Source: Octopus vulgaris
Lineage: Eukaryota
Reading direction: 5' to 3'
Length of the DNA: 64,000 bases
Assembly: GCA_951406725.2 (NCBI GenBank)
Contig: OX597819.1
Coordinates: 129,890,001 to 129,954,000 of the forward strand
The notes under the pieces were generated by a model that saw nothing but the letters and a program-made list of their open reading frames with translations, made no database searches and had not been told where the DNA came from. Shown here one piece after another: positions 14,048-27,785 of this stretch; position 1 is the stretch's first letter, and every line of letters begins with the position of its first letter. Position numbers and translations under genes: made by a program.

Positions 14048-14420
14048 CTGTTGAGCGAACGGTCTTCGTCCCAGAGCTCACAAGATGGGAGAAGTCCGAA
14101 ACGTGGTCCTTTGCTATTTGTAAGACCCGCAGAAGAGAAAGCAGGTCAACCCCCGACACTGAGAGTATCGACGGATGGATGAATGCGCATCCAGGCTCAG
14201 CGGTTGCGTAGGAAGTCGGAGACGAGAAACAGGAAGAAAGAGTGAGAGAAAGTTGGAGAGAAAGACTACAACAGGGGTCGGCACCAACCCCTGCCGGAGC
14301 CTCGTGGAGCTTTGGGTGTTTTCGCTCAATAAACACACACAACGCCCGGTCTGGGAATCGAAACCGCGATCCTCCAACCGCGTGTTCACTGCCCTAACCA
14401 TTGGGCCATTGCGCCTCCAC
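14048..14420 (-). mobile_element. SINE family A, inverted relative to the 13610 copy
   Basis: Reverse complement of the family A consensus, with a (CAA/CAG) tail. Confidence 0.92.
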
Positions 14421-14989
14421 TGCTGCTGAAGCTGGTGTCGGTGGATACAATAGTTGTAATCATGGCAGCAGTAGTGACGCTAGTCAACAGTAGAGGTAGT
14501 GTCAACTGTTTTTCATTGCAAAACTTCTACTACTTTGGTGATCCCAAAGTCGTTACAACAACCTTCATCATCGCTGAAGCTGGTGTTGAATGCCGTAGTG
14601 CTGACCATATTACGGCTGATGGCGGTTGTAATACCACCGTCATTGCCATAAGTTATTCAAATGTGTCTGGCTAAATTGCGAATTTCTTTTTCTGTTACCT
14701 AACTGAAAAAGAAGTGCTCACATCACACAGTCACCTCTCTCTTGTTGCATCTCGCCCTTCTCTTTTTATTGTGCATAAGAAAAAAAAAAGAATGCCTGAA
14801 AATGAAAGAGTTGTGAAACGAGGAGTACATTGCACAGTTGGTCAGGTTAGCAACGAGACAGGAAACATTGAAGGGGAAAAAATAAAATGACTCCAATGGG
14901 TAAAAATCGACAACAAATTTAACAAACTTGCGGAATAAAACCGTGGCTTGATGTTTAAAAACAGTTCCAAGAATAACAGTCACAACAAC

Positions 14990-15580
<591 letters not shown>

Positions 15581-15924
15581 TTGCTCCTAATTAGATATGA
15601 AGATTTAGAAGTATGGTAGTAAAGGAAGTGTGAATCTTTGGACGATGGCGACGACGACAACGATGAAGATAATGATGAGGAGGAGTGAAAATGGTTGGAA
15701 GAAGAGGAGGGAAAGGGAAAAATAGAGATGATAATGGTTAAGGGGGGGAGGGGACGAGCGTGGTGCGTGGAGAAAATCCAAAACCGGATTAAGGCAACGA
15801 TTTGTAAGACGAAAATCTCGAATCGGACACGTGTACATACACGCGCATACCCGCATAAGCGTATGCATGCATGTATACACACACACACACACGCACGCAC
15901 GCACACGTTCTCCCCCATTATATA

Positions 15925-15963
<39 letters not shown>

Positions 15964-16974
15964 AATGTATGTATGTGTGTGTATGTATGTATGTATGCAT
16001 GCTTGTATGTATGTATGTATGTATGTATACGCACACACATAAATAACGTATGTGCACACATTTATATATGCGTATATGCACGTAAGCATGCATATGCATG
16101 TATGTATGTACGCGTATATTGTGCAAGTGTGCGTTTGCTGCGGATTTGCGCACACACAGACACACACACACTCACACACACACACATACACACACAAACA
16201 CATACACACACACATATACACATATGTACACATACGCACATGAGTATTTGCATGTGACTGCGTGTATGTGTGTGTGTGTGTGTCTGTAGAATGCCCGATA
16301 CCCATTTCTTTGCCAATGATCTGTAGAAGGGGTTTCTAATAGGGTCAGTAGACAAATGTAATTCAAAGGCTAAATTGACTTAGAACATAGGGACGCTATA
16401 CATACATAAAAATACATACACGCATACATAAATACGTACAAATATACATGCATGCATATTTAGACACACACATACACAAACACACACTCTCTTCCCCCCT
16501 CTCTCTGTCACACACACACGCACATACACATTCATTGTACAATTCGGCTTTGCTATATATATGCAGTGGGTCTTACAATGCGGCGTGCTGAGAGCACACA
16601 CTTATATACACTCGATGGTATTGCCAACCGTGTGTAATTAACTAAGCCGAACGCGTGCAGACGCGTGCAGTTTTGTGTGACTATGTAATTGTATTTCTGT
16701 GACTATGTGTTTGTGAGTTTTTAATTGATCCGTATTTGTATTGAGCGTGTATTTGTATGTGTACGTGTGTGTGTGTGATTGTGCGTGTGCCCGTGAACCT
16801 GTTTGTGCAGTTTTTTGTGAGTGCGCAATATGTTTTGTAATATCTGGTAGATATGTATACACATGTATGAATCTACAAACATGAATATGTATATGTATGT
16901 ATGTATGTATGTATGTACGTACGTTTTTATGCATGACTGTATTTATGGTGTCTAAACTGGTGCATCTACCACCC

Positions 16975-17575
16975 AAAAAACAATATTTATGAAGGGGACA
17001 GATTACCCTAGGTAGGGTCAACGACTCTCGAGCAAAAGCGTAAGGGTCTTAGAAATTCTCTGTTGTTATCTGGAGTGTTGTAAGACCCTATGGATTTCAG
17101 CAACCATTCGCATTCGTCGACGCATATCGCCAGAAAAAGGCTCCTCTGATATAACACCAATTGCACACGTAATGTTCTTGGTTATTTTAAAGCTCTTCAC
17201 CCAACATTTGAAGAACATGATTCTCCCACATTTTGGAGTCTGCGACATTTATTGAGACAAGATATCTTATTTTGGCTCATCCTTTCCTTTAGACTTGTGA
17301 TGCGTAGACTTCTGTATGCAAAGGAAGGAAATTGAAGGCAATCTATTTCTGACATAGTTTTTATATTCGTAGGACAAAATCGATGATATAATCTCCTGTA
17401 AGCAAAGCATTTATATTGTCTTATATTACTCGTAAGAAAGTTACTTTGGTAGAGAAGGTACCGTGCTTCCTTCTCTGGGACTGTGGTTTTAAGTCCAGCC
17501 ATGTACACTTTCCCTTGAAGTGGAAATAATGATGCAGTACGGTATATTAAGGCTTGATAAATCATTGCCATCGCT
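16975..17575 (-). pseudogene. Possible highly decayed R4/Dong-like non-LTR retrotransposon C-terminal relic
   Basis: Broken minus-strand frames give PLQGK..AGLK, an EKMSKYKDL..KMW-like stretch across frameshifts, and CAIGVI...LQHS..RISKTL. These loosely resemble RLE-type C-termini. It abuts an (AAT)n tract. Confidence 0.3.
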
Positions 17576-17581
17576 GTCGTA

Positions 17582-17652
<71 letters not shown>

Positions 17653-17662
17653 TAATAATAAT
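17582..17662. repeat. (AAT)n microsatellite
   Basis: Read directly from the sequence. Confidence 0.97.
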
Positions 17663-18317
17663 ACATAACAAAAACACCAGGACTTACAAACACATATAAC
17701 ATACAGAAAATTGCACTACAAGGCACTGCACACATTAATTTAGAGCCAAATTCTGCCAAATTCGACTTTGCCTTTCATATTTTCGTGATCGATAAAATAA
17801 GTACTATTCAAGTATTGGGGTCAATGTTATCGTCTTGCCCCATTGTTAATTTAGAGCAGTCGCACAGCAGAATCTATTTAGTGCTTGCTGTAATGATTTA
17901 CAGAATTTAATTACATGTATTGATACTCATAGTTCTAATCAATCCTGAGTCAAGTTTGATTTTAAATCACTCCAAGTTCGATAAAATAAGTCCCAATTGT
18001 TTTGCTGTTGCTATATTGTTGTTTAGTTGAAAGTTTATCAAAGGTAGTTATGACCATCTGGCATTTCTAAACGCCCAGCACTGAATTAATCGATGTATTC
18101 TTTTTTAAAAGACAGTAAGATATAGTTTGAAGAAAATTTCGCTGATATTTCTATTACATTGAGCCGTTGTGTAAAAACATCCCCATTGTTCAGAAAATTA
18201 GTGGGGCTTGATACAAGCCCAATAATATACTCTGGATGTATTTAGTCCTAGTAATATATTAAGGGCATAATCAATCCCAATAATATTTTCAAGGTGGATT
18301 CAGTAGTAGCAATATAT

Positions 18318-18665
18318 TGGTTTCAAATTTTGGCACAAGGCCAGCAATTTCAGGGGAGTGGCTAAGTTGATTACTTATTTTTTTTTTTATTGATCCCGTA
18401 AGGATGAAGAGCAAAGTCGACATCGGCGGAATTTGAACTCAGAGCGTAAAGCCGGACGAAATACCTATTTCTTTATTATCCACAAGGGGCTAAACATAGA
18501 GAGGACAAACAAGGACAGACAAAGGTATTATGTCAATTACATCGACCCCAGTGCGTAACTGGTATTTAATTTATCGACCCCGAAAGGATGAAAGACAAAG
18601 TCGACATCGGCGGAATTTTAACTCCGGACGAAATACCGCTAAGCATTTTCTTCCAGCTCGTCTCC
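18318..18665 (-). mobile_element. SINE B-variant with a 5'-truncated SINE B nested at the AAATAC site
   Basis: 14-bp duplication CCGGACGAAATACC at 18452-18465 and 18624-18637 flanks the inner copy. Confidence 0.85.
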
Positions 18666-19137
18666 TTAGTTGAAGTAACGTATTGCAAGTAGATTTAATT
18701 CCAGCAAATACTGATTGTGGATCCAGGCCTGCTATTATTATACTGAGGATAGATTTAGTCCCCGTAATAGATTAGGGTGGATTCAGCGGCGGTGAATTTA
18801 ATCCCATTAACATGTTGAAGAAAGGGCCAGTATCACTATCATAATAGGTTTGATTCAGTACCCGTAATATACTGAGAATCATCCTTATACCAATGCAAAG
18901 AAAATATCAGGAATTTAGAGTCGACTGTGTTTCTTACCTGTCCGCGGTCAATGAATTATATACCAGGTGTGTATTAAAACACTTTCTATGTACCCTGTCT
19001 TTCCAGTGCATAATTCTTTTCACATATTGATTTGAAAAGTCTTTTACCTGTCTGCTTGATCTACCATAAACAGCAGCCAAATCTGCCTTAAGATACACTC
19101 TAGCTGAAAAATAAAGGAATTAAAAAAAAAAAAATAA

Positions 19138-19530
19138 CGGCATGAGCGGCTGTGTGGTAAGTAGCTTGCTGACCAACAACATGGTTCCGCGTTCAGTCCC
19201 ACTGCGTGGCATCTTGGGCAAGTGTCTTCTGCTATAGCCTCGGGCCGACCAATGCCTTGTGAGTGGATTTGGTAGACGGAAACTGAAAGAAGCCTGTCGT
19301 ATATATGTATATATATGTATGTGTGTGTCTGTGTTTGTCCCCCTAGCATTGCTTGATAACCGATGCTGATGTGTTTACGTCCCCGTCACTTAGCGGTTCG
19401 GCAAAAGAGACAGATAGAATAAGTACAGGGCTTACAAAGAATAAGTCCCGGGGTCGATTTGCTCGACTAAAGGCGGTGCTCCAGCATGGCCGCAGTCAAA
19501 TGACTGAAACAAGTAAAAGAGTAAAAGAGT
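19138..19530 (+). mobile_element. SINE family C, near full length
   Basis: A box GGCTGTGTGG, B box GTTCAGTCCC, internal TA/TG tract, tail (GTAAAAGA)n. Confidence 0.92.
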
Positions 19531-19942
19531 ATGGTATAGTTGTGCAAATCACAGTCGGATTGTGGTTGTGTTTTCAGCTCTCTGGTGAAAATTAACTGGG
19601 AAAACCCATGAATTCAGGAGTTCAAGGTGTGCTGTGTCCATTTCGTTTTAAGTCGTGTCTTTTACAAGGTCGCTTGACCCGCTAGAAAAAGCAGGCAAAT
19701 CTTCCTCAACACCATAACAATGGCTTAAGTTAAGATTACAATGGATTATGTAGTCTCTGACACACAGACAGACAAGATGGTGAAGACTAGAACCTTGGTC
19801 ACAGTGTCTAATCAGTCAGTTTTGGGGATGATCGAGGGGTGGGGTAGGGCGGATAGCTAACAATAACAACAACCAAAAGAACAAAAGCAGATTAATGTGC
19901 GTTTGTGTGTGGTGTGTGTGTGTGAGTTTGTTTGCATGTGTT

Positions 19943-20028
<86 letters not shown>

Positions 20029-20302
20029 CATACATATATATAGATATATGTATATATGCATATATATATCTGTGTGTGTGTATATCTATGTGTATATGTG
20101 CATTTGTGCGCGTGTGTGTGTGTGTCTTAGAAAGTAATGCTCCAGCACGGTCGCAGTCCAGATGAATGAAAGCGGTGGAAAGAATATCATTACTCTAATT
20201 AGCGGATGATGTTGTGAGATTACGGAAGGCCAACCTTTTAATTGGCATATTCCGTCTTAGAGATTTGATTCTTTTATTCCTTATCATAATCTCACTCAAT
20301 CT

Positions 20303-20577
20303 CATCACCACCACCACCGCCACCACCCACCACCACCACCGCCGCCGCCTCCACCACCACCACCAAAACCAGCACCAGCACCAGCACCACCGCCATCACC
20401 ACCACCAGCAGCACCACCACCACCACCGCCACCGCCGCCATCACCACCATCACCACCACCACCACCAACATCACCACCACCACCACCACCACCGCCGCCG
20501 CCACCACCGCCACTGCCACCACCACCACCACCGCCACCACCACCACCACCACCCACCACCACCACCGCCGCCGCCGC
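20303..20577. repeat. (CCA)n/(CCG)n trinucleotide tract
   Basis: Read directly from the sequence. Confidence 0.95.
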
Positions 20578-20776
20578 TTTTCATAATCTGGTGTTATTGT
20601 TTTTGCCTTTGCTTTTATTGTAGCTGGGGGTAGGAGTGGGGTGCAGGGGTGCGTGAGAGAAAGGGAAAGTGCGATTCTTCTTTTTTTTTTTTATATTCTG
20701 TTAAACAACTCCATTCATTCTACCGTTCGTTCGACCCATTCACCCTCGTCTCACCACCTAACCGCACACATACCCT

Positions 20777-20807
<31 letters not shown>

Positions 20808-21022
20808 CCATCCGTACACTCATACGTACATAGCTTCTGCTCCCTATTCATAACAAGGCTGCTCTCATGGGACTAGTCGCTCTAATCTTCAGCCCCATTC
20901 GTCCACTTCAGCATCACCCCCGCCTCATCTACTTCTTGACACCCAGGAGGGATTTTCTTGTTTTTATTAATTTTCTATTGCTTTTAAAACTATCATTATT
21001 GTTGTTGTAGTTGTTGTTGTTG

Positions 21023-21053
<31 letters not shown>

Positions 21054-21488
21054 CTTTATCCGCTCCAACTCTAATTAATTCCCGACATTCTTTTCTTTTC
21101 ACTTCTCATGTATACCACTATACCACCACGTAACCTAATTACCGACATTACCCCCCACACTTGACATCGCAACTACCACCCCACTTTGTCCCCCCACCCC
21201 CTTAACACCGTTTAATTCTGCGTTTCTTCCCCGCCTCCACTCCTGCCACCCCCAGTACTTCATTCAGTTAGAGAAAAAGGAAATAAATATTACATGGTAG
21301 AATGATGAGCATTACTTGTGGGGTAAGGTGACGATACGGTGATGGTTGTACAAAGAAGGGTTGTTATATTGTCAGATATATAAAAAGCTACCAAAATTGC
21401 GAAAGATGTCTTGGGCAAAGAATTTCAGAAGTGTTGACGTGCATTTCTATTCTCATGGACACTACTTTGAGAAACATGCCGGACAATA

Positions 21489-22082
21489 TACCTATTTCTT
21501 TACTACCCACAAGGGGCTAGACACAGATAGGACAAACAAGGACAGACAAACGGATTAAGTCGATTATATCGACTCCAGTGCGTAACTGGTACTTATTTAA
21601 TCGACCTCGAAAGGATGAAAGGCAAAGTCGACCTCGGCGGAATTTGAACTCAGAACGTAGCGGCAGACGAAATACCTATTTCTTTACTACCCACAAGGGG
21701 CTAAACACAGAGAGGACAAACAAGGACAGACAAACGGATTAAGTCGATTATATCGACCCCAGTGCGTAACTGGTACTTATTTTATCGACCCCGAAAGGAT
21801 GGACGGCAAAGTCGACTTCGGCGGAATTTAAACTCAGAACATAGCGGCAGACGAAATACCTATTTCTTTACTACCCACAAGGGGCTAAACACAGAGAGGA
21901 CAAACAAGGACAGACACACGGATTAAGTCGATTACATCGACCCCAGTGCGTAACTGGTACTTATTTAATCGACCCCGAAAGGATGAAAGGCAAAGTCGAC
22001 CTTGGCGGAATTTGAACTCAGAACGTAACGGCAGACGAAATACCGCGAAGCATTTCGCCCGGCGTGCTAACGATTCTGCCAG
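21489..22082 (-). mobile_element. SINE family B trimer: one head plus three 184-bp units
   Basis: CCTATTTCTTTACTACCCAC at 21491, 21675 and 21859. A single head (CGTGCTAACGATTCTGCCAG) at about 22040-22082. Confidence 0.92.
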
Positions 22083-22097
22083 ATACCTTGCGGCAGT

Positions 22098-22312
22098 TAA
22101 GGCAGCGAACTGGTAGAGTCATTAGCACGCCAGGCAAAATACTTTGTAGCGTCTCGCTCGTCTTTACGTTCTAAGCTCAAATTTCACCGAAGTCGACTTT
22201 GCCTTTCATCCTTTCCAGGTTGATAAAATAAGTACCTGTTGAACACTGGGGTTGATGTAATCGACTTACGCACGTCCTCGTAATTGCTGGCTTAGTGCCA
22301 AAATTCGAAACC
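22098..22312 (+). mobile_element. SINE B-variant, head-to-head with the trimer
   Basis: GGCAGCGAACTGGTAGAGTCATTAGC...GCCTTTCATCC...TTGCTGGCTTAGTGCCAAAATTCGAAACC. Confidence 0.85.
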
Positions 22313-22930
22313 AATATACTTTGTAGCATTTAGTTATGTTCCTTCTGTGCTGAAATAATTTGATACTCTCAACTTTGTTTCTAAAAAGGAAATAAAAAAG
22401 AAACACAAAAAAAAAAAGGAAAAAACAAAACAAAACAATGAAAGGTTGATGTATTAGATAGTGTAGTTCTGGATATTCTATGACTGAAAAAAAAAGATGT
22501 GATGGTCACAACTAGTACGTCTTTGATCGGATGACAACTCTTTCAGTAATGGCAGTTGTGTCAAACGGAGCTATATTAGTTCCTTTTTGGTGAAAAGTGG
22601 GCCAAATTCTTCGTAATATCAGCTCTTAATTACATAAACGTCTTAGGTGGTTTGCTTGAAGAAAATTATGCATTTTCCGGCAGGTGAAGAATAGACGAAT
22701 GGTTATGAAGTTAGTTTCGCAAAAACAAGATTATGGGTTCGATTCTATTGCGTGATGTCTTGGTCTCGTTCACCCACACACCGTGAGTAAAACTGGGCAG
22801 ACAGAAACTGTATAGAAGCCCGTCAAGTGGAGTGCACTTAAATTTCAAAAGGTAAAGCCTTATCACATACTGTGTCACACTGATTATGGCTGCTAATCAC
22901 GTTAAAAGTACACGTTTCTGAAGTACACGA

Positions 22931-23163
22931 AGGTGGCGAGCTGGCAGAAACGTTAGCACGCCGGGCGAAATGCGTAGCCTTATTTCGCCTGCCGCTACGT
23001 TCTGAGTTCAAATTCCGCCGAGGTCGAATTTGCCTTTCATCCTTTCGGGGTCGATTAAATAACTACCAGTTACGCACTGGGGTCGATATAATCGACTTAA
23101 TCCGTTTGTCTGTCCTTGTTTAGCCCCTCTGTGTTTAGCCCCTTGTGTGTAGTAAAGAAATAG
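22931..23163 (+). mobile_element. Full-length SINE B with an 18-bp TSD, inserted in an older SINE tail
   Basis: GTACACGTTTCTGAAGTA at 22908-22925 and 23164-23181. The flanks resemble the tail seen at 50775-50955. Confidence 0.92.
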
Positions 23164-24043
23164 GTACACGTTTCTGAAGTATATTCGACCACTTACACGT
23201 TGATTCAGGAGTAGATAGTTCAGGTTTTCGAGCAATTAAATCCTCGTAGTGTAACGACGGAAATCCACTACCAGAGTTTCGAACAATTAATTTAATTTCT
23301 GTAGATGAAACTCTTAAGCAGTCTGCCGTTTAGAGTTATGCGTTGTGGCCGGAGCTCGTTTTCCTCGCTTGGAAAACGGCATAAATTTTTGTATTAGTCA
23401 ATATCTGTTTGATATTTTCATATATATCCCGCTTAGATCGGTTTAATATCCGATTATCATCAATGTTAATTTCTGGGATGTAGATTTATTTTCTCTTAAG
23501 GAGGAGGAAGGGCATTTCAAGATCATTTTTAAAGAGCATTCAAGATAGTAACAGAAAGGGAAAAAGTTATACATCGGCCGGAGACCTGACATCAATGCTG
23601 GTAATAGGGCGAAGGATATTAAAGTCAACCAAGAACCAAAAGATGGTATTAAAGCAAAAAATAAAAATGGATTAAGCCTACCACAAAAGAACTGCAACAG
23701 TCTTACGACAGGTTATTTCCGTTTACCATATGTAACTCCTTATGTAACTTCAGTCGAACTGGGGCTATAGCGGAAAACATTTGCCCAAGGTGCCGTTCAG
23801 CGACAAGAAACACAAAATTACGTACTTGCCATGTTAACTTCTCCCCATACAACTATGTTTGCGCTCATAGATGCTGCCAGACGGGAATCTTAATTTTTGA
23901 ACAGGAAAGTTGTTAATCTTAGTTTAGATATAAAGTTAGTTCGAACTCTCTCTCTGGTGGTAACCATACATCTAAGAATAAAACACTTGATGATGATTGC
24001 TGATAAGATCGATCGAAATCAATCGGTTTAAAAAGTGAAACAG

Positions 24044-24318
24044 CCTAAAGCTCCACGAAGCTCCGGCAGGGGGTGGTGGCGACCCCTGTTGTACTCTTTC
24101 GCCCCAACTTTCTCTCACTCTTTCTTCCTGTTTCTTGTCCCCGACTTCCTACGCAACTGCTGAGCCTGGATGCGCATTCATCCATCCGTCGATGCTCACG
24201 GTGTCGGGGGTTGACCTTCTTTCTCTTCTGCGAGTAGCAAAGGACCACGTTTCGGACTTCTCCCATCTTGCGAGCTCTGGGACAAAGACCGTTCGCTCAA
24301 CAGCAACAGCAGCAACAT
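24044..24318 (+). mobile_element. 5'-truncated SINE family A
   Basis: Begins at CCTAAAGCTCCACG and ends GTTCGCTCAACAGCAAC. Confidence 0.9.
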
Positions 24319-25144
24319 TAACAATAAAATCTAACAATATTTCGAATGTAAGTGATACAAACACAGACAAACATATATTTAAGGGTGAAATGCTAAGCTT
24401 TTTTAGAAATAATAAAAACAAGAAAAAGCCCTCGAGGTAGACACTCCCAATGGGGACAGTTATCGCATATGTAAGTAGTCTTGTAATATTGAGGGCAACA
24501 AAATCCAAAGTGTCTTAGCTAGTGGGTAATAATCCTTTTTACAATAAGTACAAGGCGTAACATTTGGGGGACGGGGATAGTCGATGTCATCGAGACCAGT
24601 ACCCCCAAATGGTACTTATTTTATCGAACCCGAAAGGATGAAAGGCAAAGCCGAACTCGAGTATGTTGCAGAATTTATCGCTTTGAAAAGACGAAATACA
24701 TTCACATCCCTCAAATAAGGGGCTGGCCCTGATTAAGACGCCCTCAATTATACGTCTGCTAGATCAAGTTTATCTGAAAGGCAAACAGCAAGAACAACTG
24801 TTACAACTACTGTAGCAAAGGAGAAATTAGAAAGCATCTATTTGATCAATTGACTTGTTAAAAAGGGCAACCAAATCTCCCTCAAATTCCACCCTGTCGC
24901 TAAAAACAAAAAAAAAAAAAATGAAAAGACATTTGACAATGTAGTACTAAATAGAAAAAAGACAGTATCGTTTGAATTAGAATGTCTTTGTTCATAGAAC
25001 GGTTCAACTACAGATGGCTTGGGGATAGAAAAAGAACAAAAGATCACCAGCGGCAACAACGGTAACAACACAAACAATATTGATGTTAAGAACGGATCGT
25101 ATTATTACAAAAGGAGAAATCACCTCCTGGTGCCCCCCTGGCTA

Positions 25145-25181
<37 letters not shown>

Positions 25182-25259
25182 GACAAACAGACACACACAT
25201 GTATATATGTTATATGATATTTATGCATGTATATATATATATATATATATGTATATACG

Positions 25260-25289
25260 TGTATCTATCTATCTATCCACCCGCCAATG

Positions 25290-25351
<62 letters not shown>

Positions 25352-25358
25352 CCCGCCA

Positions 25359-25434
<76 letters not shown>

Positions 25435-25450
25435 ATCTATCCACCCGCCA

Positions 25451-25485
<35 letters not shown>

Positions 25486-25545
25486 AATCTATCTATCTAT
25501 CTATCAATCTATCTATCTATCTATCTATCAGTCTGTGTGTCTGTG

Positions 25546-25577
<32 letters not shown>

Positions 25578-25580
25578 AAT
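25260..25580. repeat. (TATC)n microsatellite with recurring CCACCCGCCAAT interruptions
   Basis: Read directly from the sequence. Confidence 0.93.
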
Positions 25581-25869
25581 CAATGCATACATAAAAAGGG
25601 ATAAAAAATCCAGGCAGATCTTTATACATCATATATGTGAGTGTGTAAATGTGTGTGTTTTATACATGTGTATGTGTGTGTAAGTGTATGTGCGTGTGTG
25701 TATGTGTGCGTGCGTGCAGGGTTGTGTAAAACGTTTTGTAAACATGTGTAGTTCAGCGTTGCTGATGTGGTACGTTGATATTGAAACCGGAAATATTCCA
25801 AAGCCGTCGTTTCCGTTTTGGCCGGCATTGTGTTTCCGGCGCTTGTCGACTCACAGTATACACACATGT

Positions 25870-25921
<52 letters not shown>

Positions 25922-26001
25922 GTACGCATGCGCGACTACACACACGCACACAAGCACACTCAAATAAATACGTTAAAAAATACTTACACAAACATACACA
26001 C

Positions 26002-26062
<61 letters not shown>

Positions 26063-26233
26063 GTATATGTATAAATGCATATATGCGTAAATATACATAA
26101 CTCACTCGTTCTGGAACGTATAAATATTACAAAAAAAATCTATTAGTAAACATTCATGACAAAACAATTTTTAGAACTAGGAACAATATATAAATATAAA
26201 GAAACTTTCTTGTTCATAGAACACACACACACG

Positions 26234-26288
<55 letters not shown>

Positions 26289-26299
26289 GCACACACACA

Positions 26300-26585
26300 C
26301 ATATTACGGAGATGTACCTGCATAGCAAGTGACCTGATCTGAGACGGTGTGCTGAGATAAAAACAATTGCAGCGTGGAAGATGTTTATAAGCCATTTAAG
26401 AACACACAAAAAAAACCGTTAGATTCACTTCGTGATGCAGTACGACGTTTTGTCAGTGAACAGGTCGCGGTTGGAAAGCGACGAAAATATTTCGACACAA
26501 ATTTAATTTAAATGATGACGTGAATCTACCAGTTTTTTTCTTGTGTTCTTAAATGTCTTATAAACATCTTCCATGCTGAAACTGT
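26300..26585 (+). mobile_element. Inverted-repeat Penelope-like remnant, with a hammerhead-variant motif at 26451-26497
   Basis: Arms 26370-26428 and 26520-26578 are imperfect reverse complements. The spacer contains TGTCA GTGAACA G GTCGC..GCGAC GAAA ATAT T T CGACA. Confidence 0.6.
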
Positions 26586-26610
26586 ATATATATATATATA
26601 TATATATATA

Positions 26611-27009
26611 TCTTTATATATAAAAGTGAGGTTGTGTGCTGTCTGTCTCCTACGATTTTGATTCCTAACTACTCCCACATTTTGCGGTGCAGTTTAACCA
26701 AAAGCGTGTATCTTATAGTCGTGATTCATATCGAGCCCTTCTGGGTATTAGCGCGCGTCTACGATGTATCTACGATTTAAAAAAGAATTACCATCAATTT
26801 TTCCCATTTTTAATGCATTTTTGGCATATATATAAGGGAAGTAACTCTCTAAAAATTAATTATTAAATCTCAGAACGTAAAAAGCTACAGTAACCTCCCC
26901 CCCCTTTGTGGTTAGCCATATTGAGATGGCTATTATACTTTACATCTCTAAAAATGCTTATATAGTTATTTCCCTTACAAACCCGAGCAACGCCGGGCGA
27001 TACTGCTAG
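26611..27009 (+). mobile_element. Non-autonomous Helitron
   Basis: Starts TC after A and ends CTAG before T, within (TA)n. Subterminal hairpin CCCG-AGCAACGC-CGGG lies just upstream of the CTAG. Confidence 0.85.
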
Positions 27010-27659
27010 TATATATATATATAGTGTGTGCCTTCATGCTTACACGAAGCTGGTTCCGATGCTGGAGTTTACTGAAAACTTTGAACTGAGGAGAAGCAGG
27101 AACTATCGCCAGATCCTGCGTTCTAATGCTTTGTTTTCCCAGCAACAGAAGGGAATGTTGCATCACATCAGATTGTCGTTTAGCTTGTCTTCTTCATAAC
27201 CGGGACCTCATCTCCTAACGACAATGTAAACTCCATATAATCATGACCTGACAATATCTTGCAGTTTACCCCTCGTTTGGATAATTTACCATTTCAGGGG
27301 CTCCACTAGCAATGAAACATATGCAGCCAGGACTTTATCTACCCCATAGCCTAACTTTATAATGTTTATTCGCCTATACAACAACTCTTGTTGCTAACAG
27401 TAAACTACAAAATTAACTGTTTTCAGTTTATTGTACTTCGACATAAACCACCATTGTTTCATGAAAGTTCCTGTTTTTTCCTAATATTTTCTACGGATTT
27501 CTTGAAGCTCACTAACTTCCTACACCTTGATCCTTGGATCTTACCTTCATACACACGCATATATATAGGCATTATTGGCTTTAAATTGTCAGTGATGCTT
27601 CTGTAACTTTGGATTGTTGGCCTTACGCAAATCCATTTTTGTCTGTGAGATAATGCGGT

Positions 27660-27785
27660 CTACATTAGTCTGGTCTCTACCCTTATGCCTGTCCAACATG
27701 GGATGCCCTCCTAGAAACTTGTGCTCCACTGGTTCAGTACTCGGGGTTATTGAGTCACGCAAGCAAGCACGTCACAACAAGGATC
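27660..27785 (-). mobile_element. Decayed RTE-type LINE 5' UTR fragment
   Basis: CTACCCTT..CCTGTCCAACATGGG..CCCT...GGGGTTATTGAGTCACGCAAG resembles RTE 5' leaders as I recall them; no search was run. Confidence 0.35.

Noticed and set aside
14080-14112. Hammerhead-like GGA-GAAG-TCC-GAAACGT in the SINE A tail (antisense to the SINE)
   Set aside because: There is no CUGANGA upstream, position 17 is G, and there is no stem I.
18930-19010. Possible minus-strand exon ending in CAG|GTAAG
   Set aside because: No clear acceptor, no recognisable peptide and no partner exons.
20214-20633. Poly-His/Pro ORF resembling a transcription-factor exon (also 37235-38110)
   Set aside because: It is a (CCA)n tract with no flanking domain or convincing splice context.
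23995-24025. GATTG CTGATAA GATCGATC GAAA T CAATC hammerhead-like string
   Set aside because: G8 is missing and there is no stem III or UH. It could be a decayed copy but cannot be supported.
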